Shown: positions 19,386 to 29,719, numbered from the stretch's first letter. The stretch is 64,000 nt of DNA from Candidatus Latescibacterota bacterium (GCA_965205485.1 OZ242180.1:3584001-3648000); one strand, 5' to 3'. Numbers and translations: made by a program. The notes: generated from the sequence alone by a model not told the origin.

Positions 19386-20093
19386 TTACCGGACGAAACT
19401 TGCGATGAGTCCGAGGAAACCGCCGAATACGCCGCCCCAGACCACGAGCCAGCCGAGGTGTTCGCGGATCATCTCCTGTACGATCTGTTTGACCATCTGA
19501 GGCGTGAGTTCCTCCAGCCGGCGCGTGACAATGGTCTCCGCTCTGGCCACCAGGGCCTCCCCCGCGTGAGCGCTTTGCAGGCCGGCTGCCATGGCGTCGC
19601 TGAAGGAACGCGAGAGCAGCATGTCGCGGAGTTCCTCCTTCATCTTGGCCTTGAAGGGGTCGCGCAGCGGTTCGAGCGCTCTTTCGCCGCCCACAATGCC
19701 GAGCATGCCGCCGAATGGCGAGGCGAGTACGACGTCGACGAATCCGGCGTAGATGCGATCGTAGTCAACGGCGGAGACGACCGGGTCGGGATTGAAGGGT
19801 TCGTCCCGAGAATCCGAGGCGAGGAATTCCTCCACCTTCTCCCGCGTGAAGAACTGCTCCATGATGAGCTTTCGAATGCCGGACTTGAACTCCTCGAAAC
19901 GCGCGGGGACGACCCCGGATCCGTAAAGGCCGGGTATTCTTTCGAAGAGCATATGTACGGCCAGCCAGTTCGTAAAGGCCCCCGATGTCGCGAACAGTCC
20001 GACAGTCAGGATCTGGTCCCGATACACCGGGCTGACCGCGCCCGTACCCACGACCGCGAGCGAGATGAGATTTGTCAGAAGGCTTTTGTTCAT
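19386..20093 (-). CDS. DUF445 family membrane protein
   Basis: MNKSLLTNL, TNWLAVHMLFE.IPGLYGSGV, HLGWLVVWGGVFGG. Confidence 0.88.
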   Translation of the reverse strand: MNKSLLTNLISLAVVGTGAVSPVYRDQILTVGLFATSGAFTNWLAVHMLFERIPGLYGSGVVPARFEEFKSGIRKLIMEQFFTREKVEEFLASDSRDEPFNPDPVVSAVDYDRIYAGFVDVVLASPFGGMLGIVGGERALEPLRDPFKAKMKEELRDMLLSRSFSDAMAAGLQSAHAGEALVARAETIVTRRLEELTPQMVKQIVQEMIREHLGWLVVWGGVFGGFLGLIASFVR

Positions 20094-20132
20094 AGAGTCA
20101 GCCTTACATGGATAGGCAGGACAGCCGAAATG

Positions 20133-20236
20133 CCGGGCACCCACAAGGGGCGCCCCTACAATTTCATTCGTTCATCCGATCTGGTTGAAAATTGTATACC
20201 CCGTACCGTGTAGGGGCGCCCCTTGTGGGTGCCCGG
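20133..20236. repeat. REPIN-like inverted pair of 28-bp GTAG-type REPs
   Basis: CCGGGCACCCACAAGGGGCGCCCCTACA (20133-20160) and its exact reverse complement (20209-20236), 48-bp spacer. Confidence 0.85.
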
Positions 20237-20274
20237 GTTTCTTGGGCCGTAAACGTCGTTCCTGCATCTATCTA

Positions 20275-20385
20275 GACGTCAATCCCTCCCCGTAAAGCAC
20301 ATCCATATATTGCGAGGTGGTTTTCTCCCAGACGTCAATCCCTCCCCGTAAAAACATCCATGTATTGCGAGGTGGTTTTCTCCCA
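20275..20385. repeat. Degenerate 56/55-bp tandem duplication of the GT4 gene 3' end
   Basis: GACGTCAATCCCTCCCCGTAAA...GCGAGGTGGTTTTCTCCCA at 20275-20330 and 20331-20385; one indel and about two substitutions. Confidence 0.9.
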
Positions 20386-21423
20386 GGAGTACTCGGCCCT
20401 CACAAACGCCTGGACGCGGGTCTTCTCGCGTTCCCTGTCTTCATCGGGCAGGTCCAGGTACCGGTGGATCCGTTCGACAAAGGCGGGATAGTCACCGGGC
20501 GGGACGCCGAAGCCGCCGTCGCGCAGGCTCTCGCCAAGGGCATCCACGTCGAAATAGACCACGGGCAGGCCGGCGTACAGACACTCGAGCGGGGCAATGC
20601 CGAATCCTTCCGCATCGTGGCTGAGGTGGATGTTGGGCATCAGAAAGAGTTGCGCCTCCCGGCGGAGCATGGCCAGCGTGGGGTCGTCGAGCCAGCCAGG
20701 CGTGAAGACACGGTCTCCCAGATTCAGGGATTCGACGGCGTTCCGGATGCCGTCCCGCACGGGTCCGCCGCCGCTGATGAGCAGACGAATATCATCTCTC
20801 ATCAGCGGGACACCGGCCTTGATGAACTCGGCCACGCCCTTCCGTGGAACCTGCCGCCCGTAGTTCAGCAGAACGGGGTTTGCGCCGAGGTCGATGCCGT
20901 GCGCCTGCTCAAATCGGTCCCTCAGGCGTCGATGCTCATCGTCGGGGGGGATGACCGCGTGGATCCCCTGGTAAATGACGCGCGCTTTTCCGGCGGGCAA
21001 ACCGTTGCGGACGGCGAGCGCCGACGTGGCGCGGCTGACCATCACGGTCCGGTCGCAGGCGCGTGCGCCCGCGCGCATCAGGTGGCTGAAGAATGCGCGC
21101 CGGAACGTCAGCTCGGCGCCGTGGATGGTGACGGTGAACCGGGCCGGCGTAAAGGGGCGCAGAAACGGGGCCAGGGCGGCCGTAACGCCGTCCATGAAGA
21201 ATACCGCATCGGTACGGTGACGGAGAACGTGATAGACGGCGGCGCAGAAGGCGTAGGGCATGAACCAGGCCAGATGAAATATCGGGTCCTTGCCCAGCGC
21301 GACGAGGGTCACGGGACAGTGTTGGCAAAGCCTGGTATAGAGTTCTTTCGCGTAGGTTTGAATGCCGCCGACAGAGGGTGGATAACGCCGGGCAATAAAG
21401 AGGATTCGCGGGTTGGAGTTCAT
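20335..21423 (-). CDS. Glycosyltransferase family 4 protein
   Basis: YPPSVGGIQ, GRQVPRKG, EGFGIAPLE, G.PVV, YSW. Confidence 0.92.
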   Translation of the reverse strand: MNSNPRILFIARRYPPSVGGIQTYAKELYTRLCQHCPVTLVALGKDPIFHLAWFMPYAFCAAVYHVLRHRTDAVFFMDGVTAALAPFLRPFTPARFTVTIHGAELTFRRAFFSHLMRAGARACDRTVMVSRATSALAVRNGLPAGKARVIYQGIHAVIPPDDEHRRLRDRFEQAHGIDLGANPVLLNYGRQVPRKGVAEFIKAGVPLMRDDIRLLISGGGPVRDGIRNAVESLNLGDRVFTPGWLDDPTLAMLRREAQLFLMPNIHLSHDAEGFGIAPLECLYAGLPVVYFDVDALGESLRDGGFGVPPGDYPAFVERIHRYLDLPDEDREREKTRVQAFVRAEYSWEKTTSQYMDVFTGRD

Positions 21424-21470
21424 GGGTGGTCCGTGGTCCGCGGTGTGCGGCCGGCAGAATCAGCGCTTAA

Positions 21471-21630
21471 CAGTCCGTTGATAAAGTCGCTCTGCAGGCG
21501 AGGCCGAGCCATTGTGGCCGAAGACAAGGCGCGCGACCGAGTCCCATCCTGCGATTCGGCGAGGGAGCGCAACGCAGTATTTCGACCGCAAGGGCCGGCC
21601 GCAGCCCGGATGGGCTTTTTCAACGGGCTG
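21471..21630. mobile_element. MITE family A, full length (160 bp), TTAA on both flanks
   Basis: TIRs CAGTCCGTTGATAAAG / CTTTTTCAACGGGCTG; related copies at 7741, 38782, 57630. Confidence 0.85.
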
Positions 21631-21654
21631 TTAAACATTCACAATAACTGCCGT

Positions 21655-21684
21655 ATTATATGCGCCTTATGCGGCTTCCTGCAA
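21655..21684 (-). promoter_or_regulatory. Candidate sigma70 promoter for the GT4 gene
   Basis: Minus strand TTGCAG-N18-TATAAT. Confidence 0.45.
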
Positions 21685-21960
21685 GGGATTTCGAAGGAGG
21701 CGCGACCGCCGCCGCCGACTTCCGGCGCCCGGGGCCCGTCCTGCGGCACGGTAAATCCGGACAATTGAGCTCGGCCTGACGCGGTCCGCACTTGCCGGGG
21801 TCCTTTGTGTCTTGACGCGACGGTGCCTGCGGGTATCTTTTGTCCCCGCGAGACGCTGAAGCCGTTCCTTTTCCCATTTTACCCGGGTTCGGGTTGGACG
21901 CGGTAGCGGACAGGCCGGTTTCATCGATATCCAAACCCAATACGATCGGAAAACAGTGAG

Positions 21961-22983
21961 ATGAATTCAGAATCCCATGGTCTGGAGAGAGGCGAGCGAG
22001 CCACGGACTTCGTGCTTCCGCTGTCGCCGGACGGCAAGCCGACCCGGTTTTATTCGAAGGCGGGCGGACTGTCCACGTTGCTGGTTTTTTCCCGGGGCGA
22101 AGATGAACGCCTCCCTGGTTTCTCGGCTGAGCTGGAGGGACGGGATGTGGATGTCCTGGCGGTCATGGCTTCCGAAAACGCGCCGGGTCCGGGTTGGCCC
22201 CACCCGGTCTTCGTGGATGCGAAGGGCGTGGTTCGTTCCGCGTATCGGATCCCGGATTCAGCATCTTCCGTCGTGTTCGTTCTGGATGCGAATCTGCGCG
22301 TGCTTGCGTCGATATTGCTGGATGAACCCCGTAACGCAGCGCGCAAGGTGCGAAACGTGCTGGATGCTAACCGGGCGGAGATCGAACCCACGGTGGTTGA
22401 AACGCAGGCCCCGGTGCTGCTGATTCCGAACGTGCTCGATCCCGAAATCTGCAATTTTCTAATGCAGGTGTGGGAAAACAGGGGCAGCGTGGAAACCGGC
22501 GTGGAGCAATCGCAGGGAGCGGCGCGAGGGGAGCGGATCGACGTCGAACAAAAGAGCCGGCGAGACCACGTGGTAGACGACGACAAGTTGGTCAGGCTGC
22601 TTTCGACTTCCATCGGCCGCAGGGTGATTCCGGAGCTGCATCGGGCGTTCGCTTACCGCGCCACCCGGTTTGAAGGGTTCAAGATAGCGTGCTACGACGC
22701 CGCGTCGGGAGGATTCTTTCACGCTCACCGGGACAATCTGAGCCCGTCCACCGCGCACCGCCGGTTTGCACTGACGTTGAACCTGAACGAGCGGTATGCG
22801 GGCGGGTGCCTGCGGTTTCCGGAATTCGGCCCCCACCTCTACAGACCGGGGGCCGGCGGAGCGGTGGTGTTTTCCTGTTCGCACCTGCATGAGGTCACGG
22901 AGGTGACGTCCGGCCGGCGGTTCGCCCTGCTTTCCTTCATGTTCGGCGATGAGGAGACTCGCGCCGGGCGGCGCTCGTCCTGA
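21961..22983 (+). CDS. 2OG-Fe(II) oxygenase with N-terminal redoxin (AhpC/TSA-like) domain
   Basis: GERATDFVLP...VFVLDANLRV redoxin fold; FFHAHRDN, Y.GG.L.FPEF, LHEVTEV..GRR. Confidence 0.85.
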   Translation: MNSESHGLERGERATDFVLPLSPDGKPTRFYSKAGGLSTLLVFSRGEDERLPGFSAELEGRDVDVLAVMASENAPGPGWPHPVFVDAKGVVRSAYRIPDSASSVVFVLDANLRVLASILLDEPRNAARKVRNVLDANRAEIEPTVVETQAPVLLIPNVLDPEICNFLMQVWENRGSVETGVEQSQGAARGERIDVEQKSRRDHVVDDDKLVRLLSTSIGRRVIPELHRAFAYRATRFEGFKIACYDAASGGFFHAHRDNLSPSTAHRRFALTLNLNERYAGGCLRFPEFGPHLYRPGAGGAVVFSCSHLHEVTEVTSGRRFALLSFMFGDEETRAGRRSS

Positions 22984-23005
22984 CGGCCAATGCGGGCGGC
23001 GTGCG

Positions 23006-24925
23006 TCACCAGGTGTGGACCATCTTTCCATCGCCAGGGAACCAGATCGCATCGGTGAGAGTCGAGATTCCCACGCCCAGAGTATAGCCGATCAGCAATC
23101 CCACGAAAAACGGCTGAAAGCTCCGGTAGAGCGCGATGCCGCCAAACCTGAGCACAAGGGACTTGAAAGCCCACACGAGAAAGACGGTAAAGGCCGTGAC
23201 CCTCACGGGGAACGCGTAGCCCACCGTGAATCCGACGGGGTGCAGCGGCCACCAGGGAAAGCGCAGCCGGAGCATGCCCAGGAGCAGGGTGCCCAGAACG
23301 CCGGCTGCAATGAATGCAAGCTCTGTTCCCGTGAAGGTGGGCGGAGCGCCCGCCCACGTGACCACGCGGTTGAACATCCGGAGGCCGTAGCCGCCGAATA
23401 CGTAAACGTGCCGGATATTCGCCGCGCCGGTGGCGCTGTAGCAGAGGTTGAGCGTGTAGGCGATCGACGCCGCGAATCCCACCACGAACGCCGCGCAGAG
23501 GGCCGCGGTCACGCGGAACCGGTCCCAGCGAAAGCTGTGCTGGATTCGGGCGACGTGTACGAGCGAGGGCAGGATATATTGCCGGTGGCTCTCAACAACA
23601 TTGGCCGAAAGTGCCAGGCCCACGTGGTCGGCGGTTTGTACCTGTGCGCCCAGAATTGCCGCGGTCAGCGCCTGGGTGCGCTGCGGCGTTTCGATGTAGA
23701 CCAGGCCCGTTTCCGCCACAATCTTGGACAGGCCGAGGAAAAAGATGAGAAGCAGCCCGAGTTGCACCGTGACCGCCAGGAAGGAAATTCCCAGTGCGTG
23801 CAGCCAGGCCACCGAATAGGCCAGTGATACCAGCAGGCCGACAACGGCGGCGCGATAGGACAGCAGTTCGTCTCTGTCGTCCATACCCGGCTGTTTCTTC
23901 CAGGCACTGCGAAATACGCCTGCGATATGCTTTCGGGCGATGAAGAGGCCCAGAAGTACGAGCGCGACGAATCCGCCCGCCTGTTGCAGCAGAACGCCTC
24001 CGTGGTATTCGCTGCTGACGGTGATGCCGAGGCGGTTGGTCAGGCCGATCTCGAAGAGTGACAGCACGTGAAAGAGCCAGACGGATAGCAGCACCTCCAG
24101 GTTCGTGAGGTAGCCGAACGCCGCGACCACGAAGTTGAATTTGATCTGCAGCGGCGGGAAGTCGTGGCCGAAGGACAGGGTGCTCGAATACGTGGGGCCG
24201 AGTGGAATGAAGGGCACGCGGTGAGAAAAGCGAGGGAGGACATTCCACGCGAGAACGAAGATGCCGATCGCGAATCCTGCCCAGAAACGCCGGTTATTGA
24301 AGAGCGGGATGGCGCCCGCGCCGGGATCGGATATCATCATCAACGGCAGCCGGGCCAGGGGAAAGACGATCCTTTCGTGTTCCACCCACTGTTTTTGGAG
24401 GATGACGGCGATGCAGAGGCAGGCGAAAAAGAGCGCGAACAGCAGGGTGAACCACCAGAACAGGGGTACCAGCCAGACCTCCCAGGGAACGGGCTGGCCC
24501 CTGGGCAGACCTTCCCACAGGTGCGTGATCGCGCCGTTCCGGTCTCCGGGGACGGACCAGGACCGCAGGTGTTCCGTAACGTAGTCACCCCACCGGTTTT
24601 CGGGCGTGGCCTTGTAGTACGGCGTGGCGAGGACGGCGACAAGGCGGCCGGCGATGTTTTTCGTTGGAAACGCGCCGCCGATGAATCCCATGCAGAGGAT
24701 CAGGCCCAGTTCCCGGGCGTTCAGGGCCCGGAGCGGACGGAAGTTCTGCAGGACCCGATTGACGAGGAAGAGGAGAAGAAACGGCAGCCAGAGCGACATG
24801 GGCAGGTGGCCCAGGGAGACCCGGGAAGCCCGAAGGCGGTAGGTGGTGTCCGTCGCGAAGAGGCAGATGATAACCGTAAGCGCAAGGCCGATGAGGATGG
24901 AGCGGCGGCTGACGACGTTTGCCAT
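23006..24925 (-). CDS. Multi-pass membrane protein, DUF6785/DUF6784-like (putative transporter)
   Basis: Many TM segments; QWVEHERIVFPL and WWPLHPVG motifs; start at MANVVSRR. Confidence 0.7.
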   Translation of the reverse strand: MANVVSRRSILIGLALTVIICLFATDTTYRLRASRVSLGHLPMSLWLPFLLLFLVNRVLQNFRPLRALNARELGLILCMGFIGGAFPTKNIAGRLVAVLATPYYKATPENRWGDYVTEHLRSWSVPGDRNGAITHLWEGLPRGQPVPWEVWLVPLFWWFTLLFALFFACLCIAVILQKQWVEHERIVFPLARLPLMMISDPGAGAIPLFNNRRFWAGFAIGIFVLAWNVLPRFSHRVPFIPLGPTYSSTLSFGHDFPPLQIKFNFVVAAFGYLTNLEVLLSVWLFHVLSLFEIGLTNRLGITVSSEYHGGVLLQQAGGFVALVLLGLFIARKHIAGVFRSAWKKQPGMDDRDELLSYRAAVVGLLVSLAYSVAWLHALGISFLAVTVQLGLLLIFFLGLSKIVAETGLVYIETPQRTQALTAAILGAQVQTADHVGLALSANVVESHRQYILPSLVHVARIQHSFRWDRFRVTAALCAAFVVGFAASIAYTLNLCYSATGAANIRHVYVFGGYGLRMFNRVVTWAGAPPTFTGTELAFIAAGVLGTLLLGMLRLRFPWWPLHPVGFTVGYAFPVRVTAFTVFLVWAFKSLVLRFGGIALYRSFQPFFVGLLIGYTLGVGISTLTDAIWFPGDGKMVHTW

Positions 24926-25139
24926 GGAGTGGAATCCGGGCTCCTGCGCGAGGTTTCGAGGATGTGGTGATTGCGTGATTCGCACTGGGAATCGACGCGG
25001 GGATGTTGCGCACGGGTCTGGAAGTGGCGATAATATGAGGCGAACGGTCCAGGGTGTCAACGGGTGAATGGCAGGACTTTCCCAGGTTCGCGCGGTCGGA
25101 TGCGGACAGCGTGGGCAGATGGGGTCCGACGGAGGGTGC

Positions 25140-26003
25140 GTGTCCGATATCGGAAATAGTCTTCGTATCCGGCAGATGACGTCTGAGGACGTCGCGACCG
25201 GCATGCGGTTCAAGACGCTGGCCGGCTGGAATCAGGTCGAAGCGGACTGGCAGCGTTTTCTGGCGCTTTCGCCCGGCGGCTGTTTTGTCGCCGAAATCGG
25301 GAGCGAGCCGGCAGGCACGGTGGTGACGGTGACGTTCGACGGGGTCTGCGGGTGGGTCGCGATGGTGCTGGTGCCGCCCGAGCGCAGGAGGCAGGGAATC
25401 GGGACGGCGATGCTGCGGCACGGGATTGCCCACCTGCAGTCCACCGGCGTGGACACGATCAAGCTGGATGCGACACCCATGGGACGGCAGGTGTACGTAC
25501 CGCTGGGGTTCCGCGACGAATACGGGCTGGAGCGCCGGGAAGGAGTAGGAAAGGCGTGCAGGTGGACGTCGGTCCGCGAAATGCGGGACAGGGATCTGAA
25601 AGACGTGATTGCCTTCGATACGCCCTGTTTCGGCGTTTGCCGGGAGGGTCTGCTGAGGTGTCTGTACCGGGATTCAGGGGGTTTGTGCGGGGTCTGCCGC
25701 GGGGAGGGCGGCACGGTCGAGGGATTCGTAATGGTCAGGCCCGGCAGCAACGCCTTCCAAATCGGTCCGCTGGCGGCGGTCCACGAGCGGGCGGGCAGGT
25801 CGCTGTTCTGCTGGGCGCTGGACAGGCTGGCCGGGGAACCGGTTTTCTTCGACGTGCCGCTGGAGAATCCGCACGGGACGGGGTTGGCCGAGGAATTCGG
25901 GTTTTCCGTACAGAGGGGATTTACGCGAATGTTCCTTGGAAGAGATCCTTACGGGGGATTTCCGCGGCAGGTGTACGCAACCTCGGGACCTGAAAAGGGT
26001 TAG
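25140..26003 (+). CDS. GNAT family acetyltransferase (two-domain)
   Basis: GWNQ, MVLVPPERRRQGIG, LDATPMG..VY.PLGF, QIGPL; GTG start with GGAGGG. Confidence 0.88.
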   Translation: MSDIGNSLRIRQMTSEDVATGMRFKTLAGWNQVEADWQRFLALSPGGCFVAEIGSEPAGTVVTVTFDGVCGWVAMVLVPPERRRQGIGTAMLRHGIAHLQSTGVDTIKLDATPMGRQVYVPLGFRDEYGLERREGVGKACRWTSVREMRDRDLKDVIAFDTPCFGVCREGLLRCLYRDSGGLCGVCRGEGGTVEGFVMVRPGSNAFQIGPLAAVHERAGRSLFCWALDRLAGEPVFFDVPLENPHGTGLAEEFGFSVQRGFTRMFLGRDPYGGFPRQVYATSGPEKG

Positions 26004-26013
26004 GTGTTTCGAA

Positions 26014-27033
26014 ATGACACCGCGTCCGTTGCTGGGGATCACGATGGGGGATGTATGCGGCATCGGTCCCGAGGTGATCGTCAAGGCGCTGAGCCATTCG
26101 AGTGTATACGCGTTCTGTCGTCCGCTGGTGATCGGCGACGCGGAAGTACTCGCCGCGAACCTGGCGCACGCAAGCCGCCGGCTCGAGGTCCGGTGCGTCG
26201 ACAACCCCGAATCGGGCGAGTACCGCTTCGGACGGATTGATCTCCGGGCGCCGGTCGACCTGGAACTTGCGCGGATAGAAACCGGTTGCGTGTGTCCCGA
26301 AGCGGGCCGGGCGGCCGTGGAATGGGTGGTCCGGGCGGCGGACCTGGCTGCAGCGGCGCGAATCGACGGAATCGTGACGGCGCCGCTGAACAAGGAGGCG
26401 ATGAACCGGGCGGGATTCCCGTATGCCGGACATACGGAATTGCTGGCAAAGCATCTGGGCGTTGCGGAAGTCCGTTTGATGCTGGCGTCCGAACGCCTGA
26501 ACGTAGCCCACGTCACCGGACACGTCGCGCTGCAGCAGGTGCCGGAGCGATTGACGGAAAAACGGGTTCTCGTCACCATCCGGCTGCTGCACAACGCCCT
26601 GACGGACATGGGCCGGCCGGATCCCCGAATTGCCGTGTGCGGCCTGAATCCGCACGCCGGCGAAGCGGGAATTCTTGGAAGAGAAGACGCGGATCTGATC
26701 TTGCCGGCCGTTCAAAGGGCCAACGCCGGGGGGATGCGGGTAACCGGGCCGCTTCCCGCGGATACGGTTTTTCTGAAGGCGTACAACGGCGGCTTCGACG
26801 GGGTGGTGGCGATGTACCACGACCAGGGTCACGCGCCGGTCAAGCTGGTGGCGTTCCACGATGCGGTGAACGTGACGCTGGGCCTGCCCGTCGTCCGGGT
26901 CTCCGTCGACCACGGCACCGCGTTCGATATAGCGGGAAAGGGCGTCGCGAACGAGGCCAATATGCTCAGCACCCTGCGCCTGGGCGCGCGCCTGGCCGAA
27001 AGGAAACGCGCGAGAGCCAAACGCGGTGAATAG
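26014..27033 (+). CDS. pdxA: 4-hydroxythreonine-4-phosphate dehydrogenase family (PdxA/PdxA2)
   Basis: TMGD.CGIGPE, TAPLNKE, GHTE, LNPHAGE, MYHDQG, SVDHGTAFDIAG. Confidence 0.92.
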   Translation: MTPRPLLGITMGDVCGIGPEVIVKALSHSSVYAFCRPLVIGDAEVLAANLAHASRRLEVRCVDNPESGEYRFGRIDLRAPVDLELARIETGCVCPEAGRAAVEWVVRAADLAAAARIDGIVTAPLNKEAMNRAGFPYAGHTELLAKHLGVAEVRLMLASERLNVAHVTGHVALQQVPERLTEKRVLVTIRLLHNALTDMGRPDPRIAVCGLNPHAGEAGILGREDADLILPAVQRANAGGMRVTGPLPADTVFLKAYNGGFDGVVAMYHDQGHAPVKLVAFHDAVNVTLGLPVVRVSVDHGTAFDIAGKGVANEANMLSTLRLGARLAERKRARAKRGE

Positions 27034-27060
27034 TCCGGCAGCCAGCGTCCGTCCCGGTAC

Positions 27061-27438
27061 TCAATCCATGCCGGCGATGAAGTCCATCGTGACAAGATAG
27101 TCGCCGGTGTCGGTGAAGACAGGTGACCGCGCCGGCGGGTTTTCCGGGAAGAAACCGGCGTAGGCGTCGTTGAAATCCGAAAATAGCGACCGGTCTTTGA
27201 GGAACACGGTAACCTTGAGCACGTTGTCCAGCGAGGTGCCCGCGTCCTCGAGGATGCCGGATACGTTGGTGAGGAGTCGTCGGGTCTGGGCTTTCACGTC
27301 TGCGGAATCCACCTCTCCCGTTTCCGGGTCGACGGGAGGCTGGGCGGATATGAATATCAGGTCGCCGTATATAATGGCCTGCGAGTAGGGGAATTTGGGG
27401 ATGTTCCCCTTCGAACTGGTGAACGGTCGTTTCTTCAT
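27061..27438 (-). CDS. RidA/YjgF family protein
   Basis: PYSQA, LDNVLKVTVFL, FN..Y..FF...PPARS. Confidence 0.9.
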   Translation of the reverse strand: MKKRPFTSSKGNIPKFPYSQAIIYGDLIFISAQPPVDPETGEVDSADVKAQTRRLLTNVSGILEDAGTSLDNVLKVTVFLKDRSLFSDFNDAYAGFFPENPPARSPVFTDTGDYLVTMDFIAGMD

Positions 27439-27695
27439 GAGGATATCCTTTCGGAAAAACGTACGGTTTACCAACTGAAGTTGCGGTAATATACGTTGAC
27501 AGTCTGCCCGTAACACAACTGTCTTTGCGCGGCGTGGTGCGCACGAATTCATCCTGCGAATCCCGATCCTGTCGGTGTTTACATTAGAAGTCACCATACA
27601 TGATTTAATCCTGCTAATCCTTTCATGCTGCGAATCCTGATCCCGGTTTTTGTGGTTTCGCGCCATACATATCCATATCGCGGAGGTATCGTAAA

Positions 27696-28928
27696 TTGAA
27701 ATTCCGACCGGACCTCGTTCCCGCGGCCGAGGAGGACAATCTGGAGGTCGTTCAGCTGACGGATGAGTCGATTCCGTCCTCGCACATTTACATGGAAGCG
27801 CAGATTTTCACGCCCGATTCGCGGCGGCTGGTGCTCCACCGCTCGGCGCATCCGCATGGCTCTGATCCGAAAGACCCGGAGCACCGGTACCTGGTGTGCG
27901 ATCTTGAGGACCACTGCCGCATGGCGCCCCTGACGACGGAACTGGGAACGACCGCGCCCTCCATCTCACCCGACGGCGACTGGCTCTACTACTTTGTGGA
28001 CGAAACCGACCCCGCGAATCCGGGACCGCTCACGCTCAAACGGGTGAGACTGGACGGGTCGGACCGCGAGGTGATTGACGTCCTGGACCATCCCGTTCCG
28101 AACACGGATTTCCGGCTCAGCCGTCCGTATCCACTCTCGACCATTTCGTCCGACGGAAGGCGAATCGCGATCTCCGGATTTCTGGGGGACGGCCGAACGG
28201 ACGGCGCCACCTGGGGTCTGCTCGTCTTCGAAATCAACGAGCCGTCCGTGCGGCTGGTCTTTCACGGACCCTCCTGGTGCAATGTCCACCCGCAATATAC
28301 GCGGCAGACCGATGCGGACGCCTCGCACGACATCATGATTCAGGAGAACCACGGCAACGTCGCATCCCCCGATGGTATGATCGAGAAGCTCACCGGCGGA
28401 ACGGGCGCCGATATCCACCTGATCCGGGACGACGGGACCTCGCTCCGGGACTTCCCCTGGGGGCGCGACGGGAACGAATTCTGCCAGGGACACCAGTGCT
28501 GGCAGGGGCGGTCCGACATCGCGATCACCAGCACGTCGACGCGTGAGCCGGACGAAAGGCAGCTCATTTCAGGCCGAGCGGCGGCGCACGTGGGGCACCA
28601 CGGAAACGGAACCCCCGGGGGATGGCGAAGTGATCTGTCCCGATCTTTCGACGTACCGGACTTCTACCATTTCGCCACGGACGCCTCGGGACGACGCCTG
28701 ATTACGGATGCCGGCCCCAGGGACGGGGGCGGCGCGGTCTGGCTGTTCGATCTACCCGGGGCCGATGATGGCGCGTTGTCGAACGCAAGAAGGGTTGCGA
28801 ACCCCGGGTCCACCTGGCGAAAGGACACCCATATCCATCCGTTCCTGGCGCCGGATGGAAGTTCGGGGTTTTTCAATTCAGACGAAAGCGGCACGCTGCA
28901 AACGTATATGGTACGCGGCTGGGCTTGA
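27696..28928 (+). CDS. Beta-propeller protein resembling oligogalacturonate lyase (PL22)/TolB
   Basis: HIYME..IFTPDS, SPDG repeats, HPQY, GHQCW, HIHPFLAPDG; TTG start, RBS GGAGG. Confidence 0.6.
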   Translation: MKFRPDLVPAAEEDNLEVVQLTDESIPSSHIYMEAQIFTPDSRRLVLHRSAHPHGSDPKDPEHRYLVCDLEDHCRMAPLTTELGTTAPSISPDGDWLYYFVDETDPANPGPLTLKRVRLDGSDREVIDVLDHPVPNTDFRLSRPYPLSTISSDGRRIAISGFLGDGRTDGATWGLLVFEINEPSVRLVFHGPSWCNVHPQYTRQTDADASHDIMIQENHGNVASPDGMIEKLTGGTGADIHLIRDDGTSLRDFPWGRDGNEFCQGHQCWQGRSDIAITSTSTREPDERQLISGRAAAHVGHHGNGTPGGWRSDLSRSFDVPDFYHFATDASGRRLITDAGPRDGGGAVWLFDLPGADDGALSNARRVANPGSTWRKDTHIHPFLAPDGSSGFFNSDESGTLQTYMVRGWA

Positions 28929-29039
28929 TCGGACGATCGGACACGGAGCCGATCGACGCCCCGGCGGCCGTGCCCGCTGAGGCATTCGTTCGGGAGATTC
29001 GTTTGGCCTTAACTACAAAGCGTCATTGAGAGGCGTGCG

Positions 29040-29684
29040 ATGAAGAAAGCATTGATGGTGTACGGCGGCTGGGAGGGGCACGAGCCCAGACAGTGTGTGG
29101 ATATTTTCGCGCCGATCCTCGCCGGTGAGGGATTTGACGTGACGCTTTCGGATACAATGGACGTGTATCTGGATGCCGACCTCATGGCGGAGCTGAGTCT
29201 TGTGGTTCCGATCTGGACGATGGGAACCATCGAACGGTCGCAGGAGGAGGGGTTGCTGACGGCGGTCAGGAACGGCGCAGGGATAGCCGGCTGGCATGGC
29301 GGAATGGCGGACGCATTCCGAAACCACACCGAATATCAGTTCATGGTTGGCGGCCAGTGGGTGTCTCATCCCGGCGGCGTCGTCGACTACGAGGTGAACG
29401 TCGTGGACCGCGAGGACCCGATTACGCGTGGGATTCAGGACTTCAAAATGCATTCGGAGCAGTATTACATGCACGTGGACCCATCCAACCGCGTGTTGGC
29501 GACCACGACTTTCCAGACGACGGTGGCGCCGTGGGTAAACGGTTGCGTAATGCCGGTGGTGTGGAAGCGGATGTGGGGCGAAGGAAGGGTGTTCTACTCG
29601 TCGCTGGGTCACGTGGCCCGTGACTTTGACGTGCCGGAGGCGCGCGAGATTCAGAGGCGGGGGATGCTCTGGGCAAGCCGGTAA
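29040..29684 (+). CDS. ThuA domain (class I GATase-like) protein
   Basis: [46 protein letters not shown]. Confidence 0.9.
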   Translation: MKKALMVYGGWEGHEPRQCVDIFAPILAGEGFDVTLSDTMDVYLDADLMAELSLVVPIWTMGTIERSQEEGLLTAVRNGAGIAGWHGGMADAFRNHTEYQFMVGGQWVSHPGGVVDYEVNVVDREDPITRGIQDFKMHSEQYYMHVDPSNRVLATTTFQTTVAPWVNGCVMPVVWKRMWGEGRVFYSSLGHVARDFDVPEAREIQRRGMLWASR

Positions 29685-29719
29685 CGGGACCGGAATCCCA
29701 CCGGTTCCGTGCGAGAGGC

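Noticed and set aside
20275..20385. Direct repeats considered as a CRISPR array
   Set aside because: Two adjacent copies with no spacer, one being coding sequence; no cas genes
21773..21916. Possible 6S-like or other long-hairpin ncRNA (GGCCTG...CAGGCC ends)
   Set aside because: Pairing is patchy and I cannot see 6S consensus motifs; the region also holds a plausible promoter (TTGACG-N16-TATCTT, 21812-21839). An Rfam scan would decide.
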